NCBI GenBank assembly: GCA_037379345.1
Contig: CM074521.1
Span: forward strand, 36,418,704 to 36,482,703
Length of the DNA stretch: 64,000 nucleotides
DNA from: Perna viridis
Taxonomy: Eukaryota
Direction: 5' to 3'
The translations under genes and the position numbers were made by a program. The notes under the pieces were generated by a model. The model searched no databases and had not been told where the DNA came from. It worked only from the letters and a program-made list of their open reading frames with translations. Positions within the stretch are counted from its first letter, which is position 1. The number at the start of each line of letters is the position of its first letter. This document shows, in pieces, positions 26,675 through 40,440 of the stretch.

Positions 26675-29276
26675 ACTTTGTACAGTCCAGTGCAACAGTC
26701 TCTGTATGGCTGAATGTTCTGGTCTTTGTACAGTCCAGTATAACAGTAAACATGTACGTGTGTATGTATGGCTGAATGTTCTAGTCTTTGTACAGTCCAG
26801 TGCAACAGTCTCTGTACAGCTGAATGTCCTAGTATTTGTACAGTCCAGTGCAACAGTCTCTGTAAGGCTGAATGTTCTGGTCTTTTTACACTCCAGTGCA
26901 ACAGTCTCTGTACAGCTGAATGTCCTAGTATTTGTACAGTCCAGTGCAACAGTCTCTGTATGGCTGAATGTTCTGGTCTTTGTACAGTCCAGTACAACAG
27001 TAAACATGTACGTGTGTATGTATGGCTGAATGTTCTAGTCTTTGTACAGTCCAGTGCAACAGTCTCTGTACAGCTGAATGTTCTGGTCTTTGTACAGTCC
27101 TGTGCAACAGTCTCTGTACGGCTGAATGTTCTGGTCTTTTTACAGTCCAGTGCAACAGTCTCTGTACAGCTGAATGTCCTAGTATTTGTACAGTCCAGTG
27201 CAACAGTCTCTGTGCGGCTGAATGTTCTGGTCTTTGTACAGTCCTGTGCAACAGTCTCTGTGCGGCTGAATGTTCTGGTCTTTGTACAGTCCAGTACAAC
27301 AGTCTCTGTGCGGCTGAATGTTCTGGTCTTTGTACAGTCCAGTACAACAGTCTCTGTACGGCTGAATGTTCTGGTCTTTTTACAGTCCAGTGCAACAGTC
27401 TCTGTACAGCTGAATGTCCTAGTATTTGTACAGTCCAGTGCAACAGTCTCTGTATGGCTGAATGTTCTGGTCTTTGTACAGTCCAGTACAACAGTAAACA
27501 TGTACGTGTATGTATGGCTGAATGTTCTAGTCTTTGTACAGTCCAGTGCAACAGTCTCTGTACAGCTGAATGTTCTGGTCTTTGTACAGTCCTGTGCAAC
27601 AGTCTCTGTACGGCTGAATGTTCTGGTCTTTTTACAGTCCAGTGCAACAGTCTCTGTACAGCTGAATGTCCTAGTATTTGTACAGTCCAGTGCAACAGTC
27701 TCTGTGCGGCTGAATGTTCTGGTCTTTGTACAGTCCTGTGCAACAGTCTCTGTGCGGCTGAATGTTCTGGTCTTTGTACAGTCCAGTACAACAGTCTCTG
27801 TGCGGCTGAATGTTCTGGTCTTTGTACAGTCCAGTACAACAGTCTCTGTACGGCTGAATGTTCTGGTCTTTGTATAGTCCTGTGCAACAGTCTCTGTACG
27901 GCTGAGTGTTCTGGTCTTTGTACAGTCCAGTACAACAGTCTTGTATTGTCCTGTGCAACAGTCTCTCTACAGCTGAATGTTCTGGTCTTTGTACAGTACT
28001 GTACAACAGTCTCTGTACGGCTGAGTGTTCTGGTCTTTGTACAGTCCAGTACAACAGTCTCTGTACGGCTGAATGTTCTGGTCTTTTTACAGTCCAGTGC
28101 AACAGTCTCTGTACAGCTGAATGTCCTAGTATTTGTACAGTCCAGTGCAACAGTCTCTGTATGGCTGAATGTTCTGGTCTTTGTACAGTCCAGTACAACA
28201 GTAAACATGTACGTGTGTATGTATGGCTGAATGTTCTAGTCTTTGTACAGTCCAGTGCAACAGTCTCTGTACAGCTGAATGTTCTGGTCTTTGTACAGTC
28301 CTGTGCAACAGTCTCTGTACGGCTGAATGTTCTGGTCTTTTTACAGTCCAGTGCAACAGTCTCTGTACAGCTGAATGTCCTAGTATTTGTACAGTCCAGT
28401 GCAACAGTCTCTGTGCGGCTGAATGTTCTGGTCTTTGTACAGTCCTGTGCAACAGTCTCTGTGCGGCTGAATGTTCTGGTCTTTGTACAGTCCAGTACAA
28501 CAGTCTCTGTGCGGCTGAATGTTCTGGTCTTTGTACAGTCCAGTACAACAGTCTCTGTACGGCTGAATGTTCTGGTCTTTTTACAGTCCAGTGCAACAGT
28601 CTCTGTACAGCTGAATGTCCTAGTATTTGTACAGTCCAGTGCAACAGTCTCTGTATGGCTGAATGTTCTGGTCTTTGTACAGTCCAGTACAACAGTAAAC
28701 ATGTACGTGTATGTATGGCTGAATGTTCTAGTCTTTGTACAGTCCAGTGCAACAGTCTCTGTACAGCTGAATGTTCTGGTCTTTGTACAGTCCTGTGCAA
28801 CAGTCTCTGTACGGCTGAATGTTCTGGTCTTTTTACAGTCCAGTGCAACAGTCTCTGTACAGCTGAATGTCCTAGTATTTGTACAGTCCAGTGCAACAGT
28901 CTCTGTGCGGCTGAATGTTCTGGTCTTTGTACAGTCCTGTGCAACAGTCTCTGTGCGGCTGAATGTTCTGGTCTTTGTACAGTCCAGTACAACAGTCTCT
29001 GTGCGGCTGAATGTTCTGGTCTTTGTACAGTCCAGTACAACAGTCTCTGTACGGCTGAATGTTCTGGTCTTTGTATAGTCCTGTGCAACAGTCTCTGTAC
29101 GGCTGAGTGTTCTGGTCTTTGTACAGTCCAGTACAACAGTCTTGTATTGTCCTGTGCAACAGTCTCTCTACAGCTGAATGTTCTGGTCTTTGTACAGTAC
29201 TGTACAACAGTCTCTGTACGGCTGAGTGTTCTGGTCTTTGTACAGTACTGTACAACAGTCTCTGTATGACTGAATA
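26675..29276. repeat. 48-bp satellite (~2.6 kb) with hierarchical higher-order repeats
   Basis: TTTGTACAGTCCAGTGCAACAGTCTCTGTACGGCTGAATGTTCTGGTC. Blocks recur at a 1201-bp offset (ORF starts 27022/28223 and 27501/28702). Confidence 0.97.
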
Positions 29277-32200
29277 TTATCTCACGTACATATGGACTTG
29301 TGTAATCTTAATACATGCAATTTCAGTTTACATCAAAACTTAAAGGACAGAAAGGAATTCAATCAAATATTAAGTTGACCAAGCGAAAAAACAGAGTCTT
29401 TATTTAAATCTGATTTCAAACATGTTAATTTTAAAACATTATCATCAAAGGACTTAGCTGAGAGGTGACACAAAATCCATCTTATAGAAATTATTAAATT
29501 ACTATTTGTTTGGGAGAATTTGTAGGCTTTCCGAGATAGTGGTGACCTCATAAAATGTTTGACCAGTATGTCCAAGATTTACCCATTACGTTAGTTTAGT
29601 TTGCGTAAACTGTTTACAATTTATAATTCTGTAGATAAGACAATATTCAATATTTGTACTTTAGATATTGCCGCTTGTTTGCTAGATTTGACTCTGTTAT
29701 ATTGTTGTTCTATGTTTAAAGTTGAGAAAAAGTAATTCTTTAAATGTGTATCTTGACAATTTAATTTGGACTGATATTATATGAAGATTTTATCAGCAAA
29801 ACATATTTCATGTATGAGTAGAAAATCAGTTGTTTTTGTGGAATGTATAATAAAAGTTAACGTGACCTGGCAGGAAAACATTGTCACAGTGACATCTGAG
29901 AACAAGAGCTAATACAGTACACTTCTTATGACCTTGATAATGGGATATCCTGTAGTATATTTTCTGGGTCATAAGAATACATGTACAACACAAATATACT
30001 TTTCTGCTGGGTACTTTTTGAACATTAACATTGTAAATCACATATTACTGCCAAAACGCCACTACATAAAAACCTACTGCATTACTAGAATGATATTTTC
30101 ACCATTATTAGGGCAGAAATACATGTACAGGTACATGCATTAGTATGTTAACTCAAAAAAAATGCTGGTTCAACACCCAAATCTCAGGGAAGCTACATGT
30201 AGATGTACAAATATAAAGGTGGTTCTAAATCCTTTAAATGTTTGTACACAGTAGAAGTCAAATACATGTACATGAACAAAAATAGCTCTAAGGTATAAGC
30301 TGTGTAAACATCAGGTTTAAAAAAAATATTTAAAAGGAATTTCTGTACCCCATGGTGGGTATTAAGGTTGAAGAAGATTCCTTTAGTGTTGAGGTTTAAA
30401 ACTTTATAAAAACACTTTAGTATATAAACATTTACACGTCCAGAAGAAGGTGAAAAGTACATGTCCTTCCTTCTCTCCCAATAGTAGTAGCATCAAATAC
30501 ATAAAATATTTCATTGTTAATTCTAATGTGCAACATGTACAGATGGCCAGTGAAAGAAATATAGATTCTCCCTCAGTAAAGGGCTTTGTTGTTCCACTGT
30601 AGATACATGTAGCAAAATTCTGATTTTCAATATGTGAGTTTCAGCAAACATGTTACAAATCTCAATTTTTCCAGTCTAGAAGTAATTTAAATCCAGAATA
30701 GATCGAAGGAGAATCGGTTTCTCCCTTGAAATCTGTAGAAAAGCTAATAATTAAATGAGAGAAAATTAGTTTCGACTAAAAAGGTGTCTCAAATGTTTGA
30801 ATTACAACTGTCCTACACGTACACCATCAATCTTCAAATAAAAATTTCAAATACCACCACATACACAGCATGCTTCCTTGATTAAAACTTGTTATCCCTC
30901 AACTCAAGGGTCAGAACAATATTGATGAGGAAACATTACAATAAAACGTTTTACAAATTTATGTCAAAAAAGTTAACAAAAGTTCTTAGTTGTACTCCCT
31001 GACAACAATATTTCCTAGAACCAGGAAGTTAATTACAAATTACAGACAATTTTGATTCAATAAAATATTGATTTTATTTGTATCAATTCATCAAATTTAT
31101 CTTAGATCATCATGATTCATGCTGAGGTCTGAGAATAAATTTGTTATGTAACCATTTGTCAACTTGTGTGGTGAGGACATGCCCTCGAGCAACTGACTTT
31201 TTTGTGGTGAGGACGTGTATCTTGCCCTTGAGCAACTGACTTTTTATCACATCATTCTTGTGGTTGAGAAAAAGGAATTTTTGAAGTCAATGAGTTTAAT
31301 ACAGCCAAAAAGTATTAATGTTTTTAACTACTTTTAATGTTCAATCTTGGGAGAACGTTGATTGTTTTCAAGGGTAAGGAAAAATAAATTCATGACCAAG
31401 ACAAAATGGGATAACAGCTCAACTTTCCATAACAGCTCAACCAAATATGTTTGTCATCTAACCATGGTGATTTATCAGAATACCATTCCTCCTTAGTATT
31501 CAGAGTAATTGATAACAGCCAGTGGGGTTCTCAGAAACATATGAAATACAAAGCTTAGCTTTCAAAAGTATTAAATTTAATTTTACTTCAACAAAATATC
31601 ATACATGGCCAGTGATTAGGGTATTACCACAGATTACAGGACCATTAAACAAGTACTATCTGTCATTATACTGCATAAATTTTACCCTTTGTCTTAGCTC
31701 TAAAAACTTCCAAAAAGGGCAGACCTTGCTTTGGCAATGGACTTGAATGTCTGGAATCATGTGCTTTAATACACTTCCAAAAACAGTTGTGCTGCAATGC
31801 TTACAACTAAATGCAGTTTAGAACACTAAAACGAGACATACATTTTACCGCTCTTGATCAGACATGGATTGATAGTTCATAAAAAAGATTGCAGTGACAA
31901 TGAGACAATATGATTACTGGTAATAACACGTCCACTCCACATAAGTGGGTCATTGAGATATAAAAGGACTTCAGTTTATTGTCAATCCCATAGCCAAAGC
32001 AAACAAAACACCAATAATAACTGCACATCAAAGCTACATCCTCAATTAATGTTACAAATCAAAGTATATTGAAAGATCACAGTAATTTCATAAAACAGAA
32101 AAATGTCTGAAATTTCAGTAAAATTACGTTTAATATGTATAATATGACTCACTTTCAAATTTTGTATTTACTGTTACATTTTTTTAGTAACACTTCTTTG

Positions 32201-32537
32201 TAGCTTTCATAAATGTTTTTTCTACTCACAAGTCACTTACATAAATTATACATGTATGATAAAGGATAGGGGAAAAAATAATGAAAGCCTGTGCCACTGG
32301 AAAATGTATTTTAGTCTTGATAGAAGCCATTAAAACAAACTGCTTGCTTAATGTATACATGTATAGTTTTTTAAATAAGTGGTCATCATTTTTCTCTTTA
32401 TTCACAATACTTAATGAATATTGGTTTTTAGTTTCCCAGACACTGATCAAATAAAAGCAACAACAATGACTGCTCAATAACTGTCATAAGTCAAAAATTA
32501 CTAAAACATCAGTTACCTTAATTAAATAATGACTCAC

Positions 32538-32668
32538 CTTCCCAAATCATTACTAATTGTATAGTAATCACTTAACGGCTTTGTGTTAATTGATGTATTT
32601 GGTCTACATTGTCTATTAGAGGAATCCAGAAAAGATCCGAGGCTATTGTGATAATGATATAAATCCAT
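32538..32668 (-). CDS. STK17: STK17/DRAK-family kinase, alternative first coding exon 1b (proximal)
   Basis: ATG at 32668 gives MDLYHYHNSLGSFLDSSNRQCRPNTSINTKPLSDYYTISNDLG+AG, then a consensus GTGAGT donor. 131 nt, same phase 2 as exon 1a and homologous to it. Confidence 0.85.
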
Positions 32669-35600
32669 TGTGAATGAAAGATTTTCAACGATGAAAGATT
32701 AAAAGTGAAAATCTAATTCAATGACAATTTCACTATAAGTCACAAAAATTGTTACTTAGTCAATATGTTGTACTGACTGTATTAATCATTAAAATTCTCA
32801 TAATTTTGTGGGATTTTGAATTTTGTTTTCCTTGATAAGAAATCTCATACACTGAACAATGAAGAAATAACATCACACATTTCTCCTTAAAAGGAATACA
32901 CATTCAAAAAATACTGTACATGTACACCACATGTAAATAATGTACAACTAAGTTCCCTATTTCAAGTATCACAATAAGAATTCTATTTGAAAACGGACAA
33001 GAAAGTATTTTCACAGCTCATACAAACACCAGTCAACATTCAAATATATATATATATATGTCGACACTATCATGGCTGTAATCTCCTATTTAAACAAGGA
33101 TAAAATTCCTCAAGTCCTTTAACCTATGAAAAATACTAAATTTCAAATGTTTGACAATGCAGCTGTACCTAGTTTTCTCCTTTTAAAACATTTACTATAA
33201 ATTCAGCCACACAATAAAGATCCTGATTGAATGTTTAAGTTGATAACACAGTTGAGTCCACTACTGTAGCAAAAAATTTCCTTTTTAAAGTAATATGTAG
33301 TTATAAATGTCTGAAAATGTATACATCCCTCGGGCTATTTAACCATTTAATTACAAAATTGGACAAAATAACTTTAAATCTACATTTTTTTCTACCAACT
33401 TAAGGCAATACAAATTTTGTCACCTCTTGTCATAGTAAACAATGTACAAAAGACAATGACAATGTATGTTACAATACATGTGTAGCTGTCAGTAATTATC
33501 TTTTTACATGTACATGTATGTGATATGAAGTGCTCAAGAATTTCTGAATACATATTCAATTATATCAACAAATAAACTACATTCTGTTTTACAATCAGTG
33601 TATAAGTAGATGTACATGAACATTGGTAGAATCATCAACTATATTTCATTCATATCATTATAAGGCATGTTTACAAAAAAGTACATTAAAGAAAAATTGG
33701 AAGATAATTACATTGTTTACTATTAGAAAGAAAACTACATGTACATGTATAACATAATGCATACACACTAGAAATCAAAACCTATTTTTTCAAGACAATT
33801 TCTATCCAAGTTCTCTGGGTAAAAAATCACAGTTCATGCACAAATACCTAGTAGATTTGCCATACATAAATGGAAAATAACTTCAGTGATACATGTAGCT
33901 GTCTTATTTATTTTTAATCCCTACAATTTATGTGTATACATTGTACACTTATGTACACTGAAATGTAAAATTTCACCAAAGTAAATGTACATGTACATGT
34001 ATGCCCAAATGATTCTGGTGAAATAGAGTGAGTGTTCCTCTACAACTTTTGATTATTAGTAGCAATAATAACATCAGAAAACAATCTGGCCCGAAAATTG
34101 AACAGAGATAATTAAAAATTGAAACAAGAAAAAAATTTGAAGTTCATCAAAACTTGTACATTGTAAATTGTTTCATCATACATAAATTTCTCTAATTTAT
34201 GAATAATTGTAAATCTACTATGCCCTTTTCAGTTGCAAGGCAAAGAAGACAATATAATCTTTGGAAATATAACAGATACAAAGGTTCAGTAAGCTATTAC
34301 CAACAATTGTTGAAGTGTTACTCTGAAAACTCTGATAGAAGTGTAAAAAATCCATGAAATCAATAACATCTGATCACTAAATGAGCCTGTACAAAACTTA
34401 AAGCATAAATACTACAAGGACATCAACATTTTTACATGTACATGTACAAAATATGAAATGTATTTAATTGTTAAAGACTGCAACTTAAACTCTATTTTTA
34501 TCAGCACCTATATTGTACATGTACAATACATGTAAATAAATATACAGGTACCCCACTGAAAGTCTGGCTGGCCTACATGTAATTATATCACAGAAGGATT
34601 AATTGGATTAAAGTGGTAATATATTACTACAATACACATATCAGTTAAGTATCCAGCTGATTAAACTTAATCTATTTAATAGGTGATATTAACAGAGATC
34701 TATTATTGTTTTATTACTCATTTCAGGTGATTCAATAAACAATGGTCATTAAGTAGATATATACAATGTAACTCTGAATATATGTGCCAAAAGCTTTTTG
34801 AACTTCTAGTCTGAACTACAAACCTTAACATTCATTTCTCATTTGAGGTGATTCAATACACAATAATTATTGAGTAGATATACACAAAATGTACAATGTA
34901 ACTTGTCGTAGAATATACATTGTACATGTATGCCCCAAAAGCTCATTGAACTTCTGATTTCAAGCCTGAACTACAAATTATAGCTTTATTTCTTTATACA
35001 TAGAGCAAGAATAGAAATGATGAATATGCCAAAGAGACAAAAACCAAACCGGGTGAAAAATGTCAGCTCAGAGGCCACAAATCCCTGACTTGGGACAAGT
35101 GCAAAGAATGTGGCAGGGTTTATGTACATTGTACATATACATTCTGTAGGTCTACACAAACAGGATTTTCCTTTTACTGGCTGCATGGACATACAAAGCT
35201 CAAGACACCCAATTAAAAATTTGCAAGAATGCTTTTGAGAAATACATGTACATGTACAATGTAAGTGTGAAACAATTAGAAATTAAAACTAATGACTGTT
35301 CAACATGTAAGAGGAAATTTTCAATTGCTGAATTTGTCTTTATGGCAAGACCCACAAAAGTCTTAAATACAAATTTAAATGTACATTGTAGGTCACAAAA
35401 TTTTTAATGAGGGTTACTTTGTATTCCCATTGAAAGACAATTCCCTTAAAGAATATTTGCCTTTATGCTACAAGATTTATGATGCTTCTATGTGAGCAAT
35501 CCAGGATCTCCATCTAAACTACTTTTTAGTCAATCATGTACTGATAGTGAATGTTAATTAACAGTTACAAATGTATGCTATAGGGTACTAATACATGTAC

Positions 35601-36254
35601 ATGTATAATCTGTGGTGAACTTGACAATGATTTGGAGATTGTTAATCAGGCAAAACAGCATATCTAGGAGAATGAGATATAAATGTTACAAGATGTTGTA
35701 ACATTATTGGCTACATTTTTTATACTTCAAAAAATAATAATATTCACACAAATTTTCAAAATGTATATTGACCTTTGATATATTTTGCAGATTTGTGTAA
35801 ATATTGTGTATTTCTCTGCATAAAGAGAATTGTGGTTGATATTTCAGATATTTATATTTCTTTTACATTTATTACAACTGGTGTCTGGGTATACATTATT
35901 ATGTTTGTATCTTTTTATAAAATTATTATTCAACATCAGTGAAAGAAATTAGCAGTAGACCTAAAATGTACAGACCAAGTCTATGTAAATTCAAGCAGGT
36001 CTATGGTGAAATTGGCTCAAGTTGCTTTATAATGTACAGCATTATGTAAAATTATGATGGGTCTATGTTGACAAAAAGTCAGTTTCTCACACTGCAATAT
36101 AACTTGAAAAAAAATTTGCTTGTAAATGAAAATTATTATTGAAATTCTAAACACATTCTATAGTCATTACTGAAGACATCTTCATTTTATTGTCATTGAA
36201 TCTAGTACTACCTAAATAGAACAATTAATATGTATGCAATATTTTTACACATAC

Positions 36255-36397
36255 CTTCCAATGTCCTCAACAATATCGTAAACATCAACAAGACATTGTG
36301 TTTTGATGCTGGTATTTGGCTGATATTTGTCTTTTCCAGGAGGACTAAAAGATGATACACTATTGTGGTAATGACTGTATCCATTCATTTTATTCAT
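36255..36397 (-). CDS. STK17: STK17/DRAK-family kinase, first coding exon 1a (distal)
   Basis: ATG at 36397 gives MNKMNGYSHYHNSVSSFSPPGKDKYQPNTSIKTQCLVDVYDIVEDIG+AG, then a GTATGT donor. 143 nt, phase 2, joining exon 2 to form GRGKFAVV. Confidence 0.88.
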
Positions 36398-36499
36398 CTT
36401 AAATGCTAATCAAAAGATGGTCTTAATTACATAGTTTATAGACTGAAATTTCTAGTATTCCCTTTCTTCAAAATACTGTTAATCACCACTCATAAAGCA

Positions 36500-37280
36500 C
36501 AAAGATGAACCTCATGAATTCGAAATTCTTCACATTCCTGACATTTCACGGACACAGGATGTCTGGAAAGCGGCGATTACCAAGCAAAAAGGGGTTATAT
36601 TTTAATTCCGATTATTCCGTTACAAAAATTTGAATAGCTTGAGGCCTTGGAAAATTTGAAATACCTGAAAACTCAATAAAAGCACTGAAAGTTTTGCAAT
36701 CAAATGAGACCTATCTGTTTTGATGAGGAATGAAATCGAGGCTAGAACCAATGCCTGAACGAAGACGGTGACGGAGAAGATAAAATTTCGTACCTTCAAG
36801 CGGGCAAATTATAACAAATTAAGAATCCTTGATAAAAAAAAAGATGAAAAGACTAATCCCGAGGAAACATGTTACGTTACTGTAAATAAAATATTTTTGA
36901 TATAGAGAAAAACTATATAGATCTTATTTACGTTAACTATCTTGAGTTTCACTGGATTTTATCCTCTCTTGCCGTTTTGTAGTCCAACGTTACCCGAACA
37001 AATTGACAAATTGCTTATTTAATTGAATATAATTTCTCTTTTATTGAAATCTGTTCTTTTATCTTGAAGGGCTAGATTCATAAGGGGGGACTTGGGTACC
37101 GTTTAAAATGGAAAGGGGGGGGGGGTGATTTTTCACAAATTACATTGACTCCCTTCGATCGCTCGAGACCTTTTCTAGTTGGTTTTAAAAAAATATTATA
37201 AGATATTTTATTCAACACAAAGTGAAAAGGATTAGGCAGCAGGCAAAGCCTATGTAACTCGCCCTCTCTCGGTGACAAAG
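36500..37280. promoter_or_regulatory. CpG-retaining probable promoter/5' region of STK17, possibly shared with divergent COASY
   Basis: CpG frequency rises abruptly just upstream of exon 1a. Candidate minus-strand UTR donor GAAG|GTACGA near 36793; GGACTACAA (minus) near 36978-36986. Confidence 0.4.
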
Positions 37281-37497
37281 GTGTACAATAAATTAATTAT
37301 TATGCATAAAGTGTATATTGAATTACTTGTGCAACAGATAAAACTGAGGCAGGATAGGATAAATCAACAAAGTTTGAGTACAAAAATTAGGCTAAAACAG
37401 TATTAGCTTTAGAAAATTAAGTACTGAAATTACGAGTGCAAGAAGTTGCTAACAATATTAGCGACTTCAAAATAAATTTCTGAATGCATCGATGTGT

Positions 37498-37760
37498 CAG
37501 TGGCCATAGGTGGATCCAGAGAGGGATGCAGGGGGTTGCCAACCCTTTTTTATTTAAGAAATCGTCATTTCCATGAGTAAATTTGCCAAAAAATGGCTGA
37601 AATAATGTCTTAGCAGCCCACTTCGGCTGGCACCTCTCCCTTTCAAAGTGTCTGGGTCCGGTCCTGAGTGGCGGATCCAGAGGGGCTGTAGGGGATTTGT
37701 CCCCCTTTTTATTAGATTTGTCACTTTCAATGTTTAAAATTGAAAAAAAAAATGGCAAGT
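37498..37760. mobile_element. Nested GGATCCAG-type (hAT-like) MITEs
   Basis: A CAGTGGC|GGATCCAGAGGGG terminus is interrupted by CATAGGTGGATCCAGA...TCTGGGTCCGGTCCTG, with AGTGGC duplicated. A related element lies near 60633-60754. Confidence 0.55.
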
Positions 37761-39339
37761 AATGTTCTAGTTACCACTCTTTTTCTGTATGTGCTATTTA
37801 AGAAATAAGTTGAAATTCAGCACAATCATAACTGTAAAGTAAAAAAAAAATACGCCTAGTCTATTGGTGAAAACAGCTGTTGTACATCCACTTCTTCTAT
37901 TAGTGATTTTTTTTGTGTTAATTTCATGGAATTTTTGGGGAAAAAATAAGAAATAATCGCATGGAACACCTTTTCAAAATTGCTATGTCCGCGTCTTTGA
38001 ACAGTGGTACCATGTACAAAAATTCTTGCATAAATATACATTTCTTTTTAACGTCTCATTTTAAAATAATTTTTGTAGTGGCTTAATTGTTTTCCTCTCT
38101 CATAATATCTTAAGTAAATCAAACTGCAAAATAACTCAATATTATGTGTATTATCCGATGTTATTTGGTTGATAAAGTCTGGGAGTTGTCCTACAGCATC
38201 GTCGCTTGGTGTCATTTGCAGACTGGTTACCCGATAGCTAACTGATCTGCATAGGAGACAAGGATGGCATTCCTGGGCTAAAAAGCATCAACTAGAAATT
38301 ACACAGAGCTGGTAATCCAAAGAACTCCTCTACGATTTTTTTCTTTTTGAGTTGGACAAAGTTCCTATTTGTTATATAAAGCATCGTCCCTAGGCGTCCG
38401 CATCATTTAGACCATCCAAAAAGCTGCTCCTCATGCTCAGGGCACGAGGATATAACAATTTGATCAATGAAATTCTTCGCAACTCAAATGTTGCAATGTT
38501 CATTTCACTCGTCCATTTGGGTTATTGCTAGCTGTGTTTGGAACATATATATTCTTTTTGCCTTGCCTCATCTCTGTTTTACCTGACATCCCACATTTCC
38601 ACACTACATTGATTATACTGTGTGGTAAATCTTCCTCTTCTCCAATAATAAGATTACAAAATATATTGTTTCTCCGTGCAATTGCCGGTATCATCCGGTG
38701 GAATTATCGAAATTACGGAGATTGACCTAGGGTAATGGACAAAACTCTTACAAATCATTGTATTCAGCATTTTACATCAATCTCATGTAAGCACGAATTT
38801 CCAAGTAACTTAGACTGATTTCATAAAATGAAAGTTTGATAGGTTTTTGGTGAAATTGAAAATGATACAAACATTTCATTGATTTCAAGAGTTATTTCCC
38901 ATAGGTCTACCTTCTTTTGTTTGTTTGTTTGTTTGTATTTTTTCTGTTTTGTACATTTTTGTTCAAAGTACTATTTTTTTACGGAAAATAAACTACGTCA
39001 AACCATCTCCGGAAAATATTTTAGAATCGACAGAGTTATCTCCCTCCTCGTACTAAAATTTGACCCTGTCAGTTTTGATTCTCCCAATTCTTATTCTTGT
39101 TCCTGCTTAACATTTACAGCAACAACACAGTTTGCGCATGTTTACCACTATCTAATGGTATAAAAACTTAACTCTAGATAATATTTTAAAGAACATTTAT
39201 TTGACTTTGAAGTTTCAAATCAGTCCTCAGTAAATTTAGTCCAGATAAGCATGACGTCAGCTGGGAATTCTTCACCAAAACGGAGAATTTATCCAAATCG
39301 GGAGATTTTATCTCAATCGGTAGAAAGTCTAATATTTTT

Positions 39340-39809
39340 AGGTCTCAGTATCGTATTAATTTTCCCATAGACTTCTATAGTGAAGTGCATGTTTTTAGGA
39401 TTTTTTAAAAAAATATGTAAATTGATTCAATAAAACTTTCACATATGTAGCATTTCTAAGGACATGTGAAAAAATAATTTCCCGCAAAGAAAATAGGGTG
39501 AGTCCACGAAGATTGGACAGAAAAGTAGTCTTGAACTATAAATAGCCATTTCCCCTACTTTCACTTTCGTTTTGCACTCACCAAACCAACCTTTTCAGTG
39601 GAACATTTTTATGATATTATGTTAGATTTTCTTTTAAAAAGGTTCTTCATCTTACAGTGTGATGTTTGCTCTATTTTTTAAGTCATTGTTCATGTCTTTT
39701 GACAAAACATTAGTTTGTAGAGAGGCAAAAAGAAAATGCACTATATTTTTATAGCATCCATGTTTTGACGTACACCCACTCAGGGATATGCAATACGATA
39801 CTGGTACCT
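39340..39809. mobile_element. MITE with AGGT...ACCT termini (Kolobok-like)
   Basis: TIRs AGGTCTCAGTATCGTATT and AATACGATACTGGTACCT (2 mismatches). The right half is homologous to 2630-2930. Confidence 0.75.
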
Positions 39810-40069
39810 TTATGATTTTTATTAATCTGTTATCCCAATCGGGAGACATTCTCTGGATTAGGAGTTAATTCCCCTATACTATGGGGTATAGGGAGAGTAT
39901 TTTTAATTTGAAATATCAGAATCCGGCAAAACAAATAAAAATCGGAGGGGCTAATTTTAATTAGACTGGGTATTTAGAGTCAAAATAGAATACGAATTAC
40001 AAGAAAAGATCATCTCTGGCAATATAGTCCTTTGGATGATTCACTATGAAATTCATATCAGTGTTTGGT

Positions 40070-40440
40070 TTAAATTCAAGTAAATATATGCATTTCAATT
40101 TAGGTTCTTGGTGGTCATGCTCCATTTCTCCCAGGTAAATCCAAACTGCATACTGCAGGGTTCACTGAATCCGCATGCTAATGCTGATTATATTGCAAAT
40201 ATGTCGTGGCACGTGACCGATGGCTTCTCCGACAATGTCTATGACACACTGTGGGGTATTATTACGTGTTTCTTCATTTAAAATGTCTTGACCAATCTCT
40301 TCAGCAAAGGAAGCCATCACTTTAACTGCATTGCAGTCAAATTGATTTTCTGGCTCAGGTTGGCATTTCATCACAAAGCTGTTTCCAATAAAAAGCTTTC
40401 TTTTATAAACATGATACCTGAAGTGATGGAAGACGTTGAA
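40070..40440 (-). pseudogene. HIRAN-like domain ORF relic, probably transposon cargo
   Basis: FRYHVY...CQPEPENQFDCNAVKV...IGHVPR pattern. In-frame stop at 40162 with coding-like sequence beyond it. Confidence 0.55.

Noticed and set aside
26648-29343. Long 276-427 aa ORFs (Cys-rich, TETV- or QRLL-repeat)
   Set aside because: They are artefacts of a 48-bp stop-poor satellite, overlapping in many frames on both strands inside an intron.
37230-37305. Possible small ncRNA or COASY non-coding first exon
   Set aside because: No recognisable RNA family and a weak donor (GTGTAC). It looks more like a retroelement 3' end with AATAAA. The COASY 5' exon could not be located.
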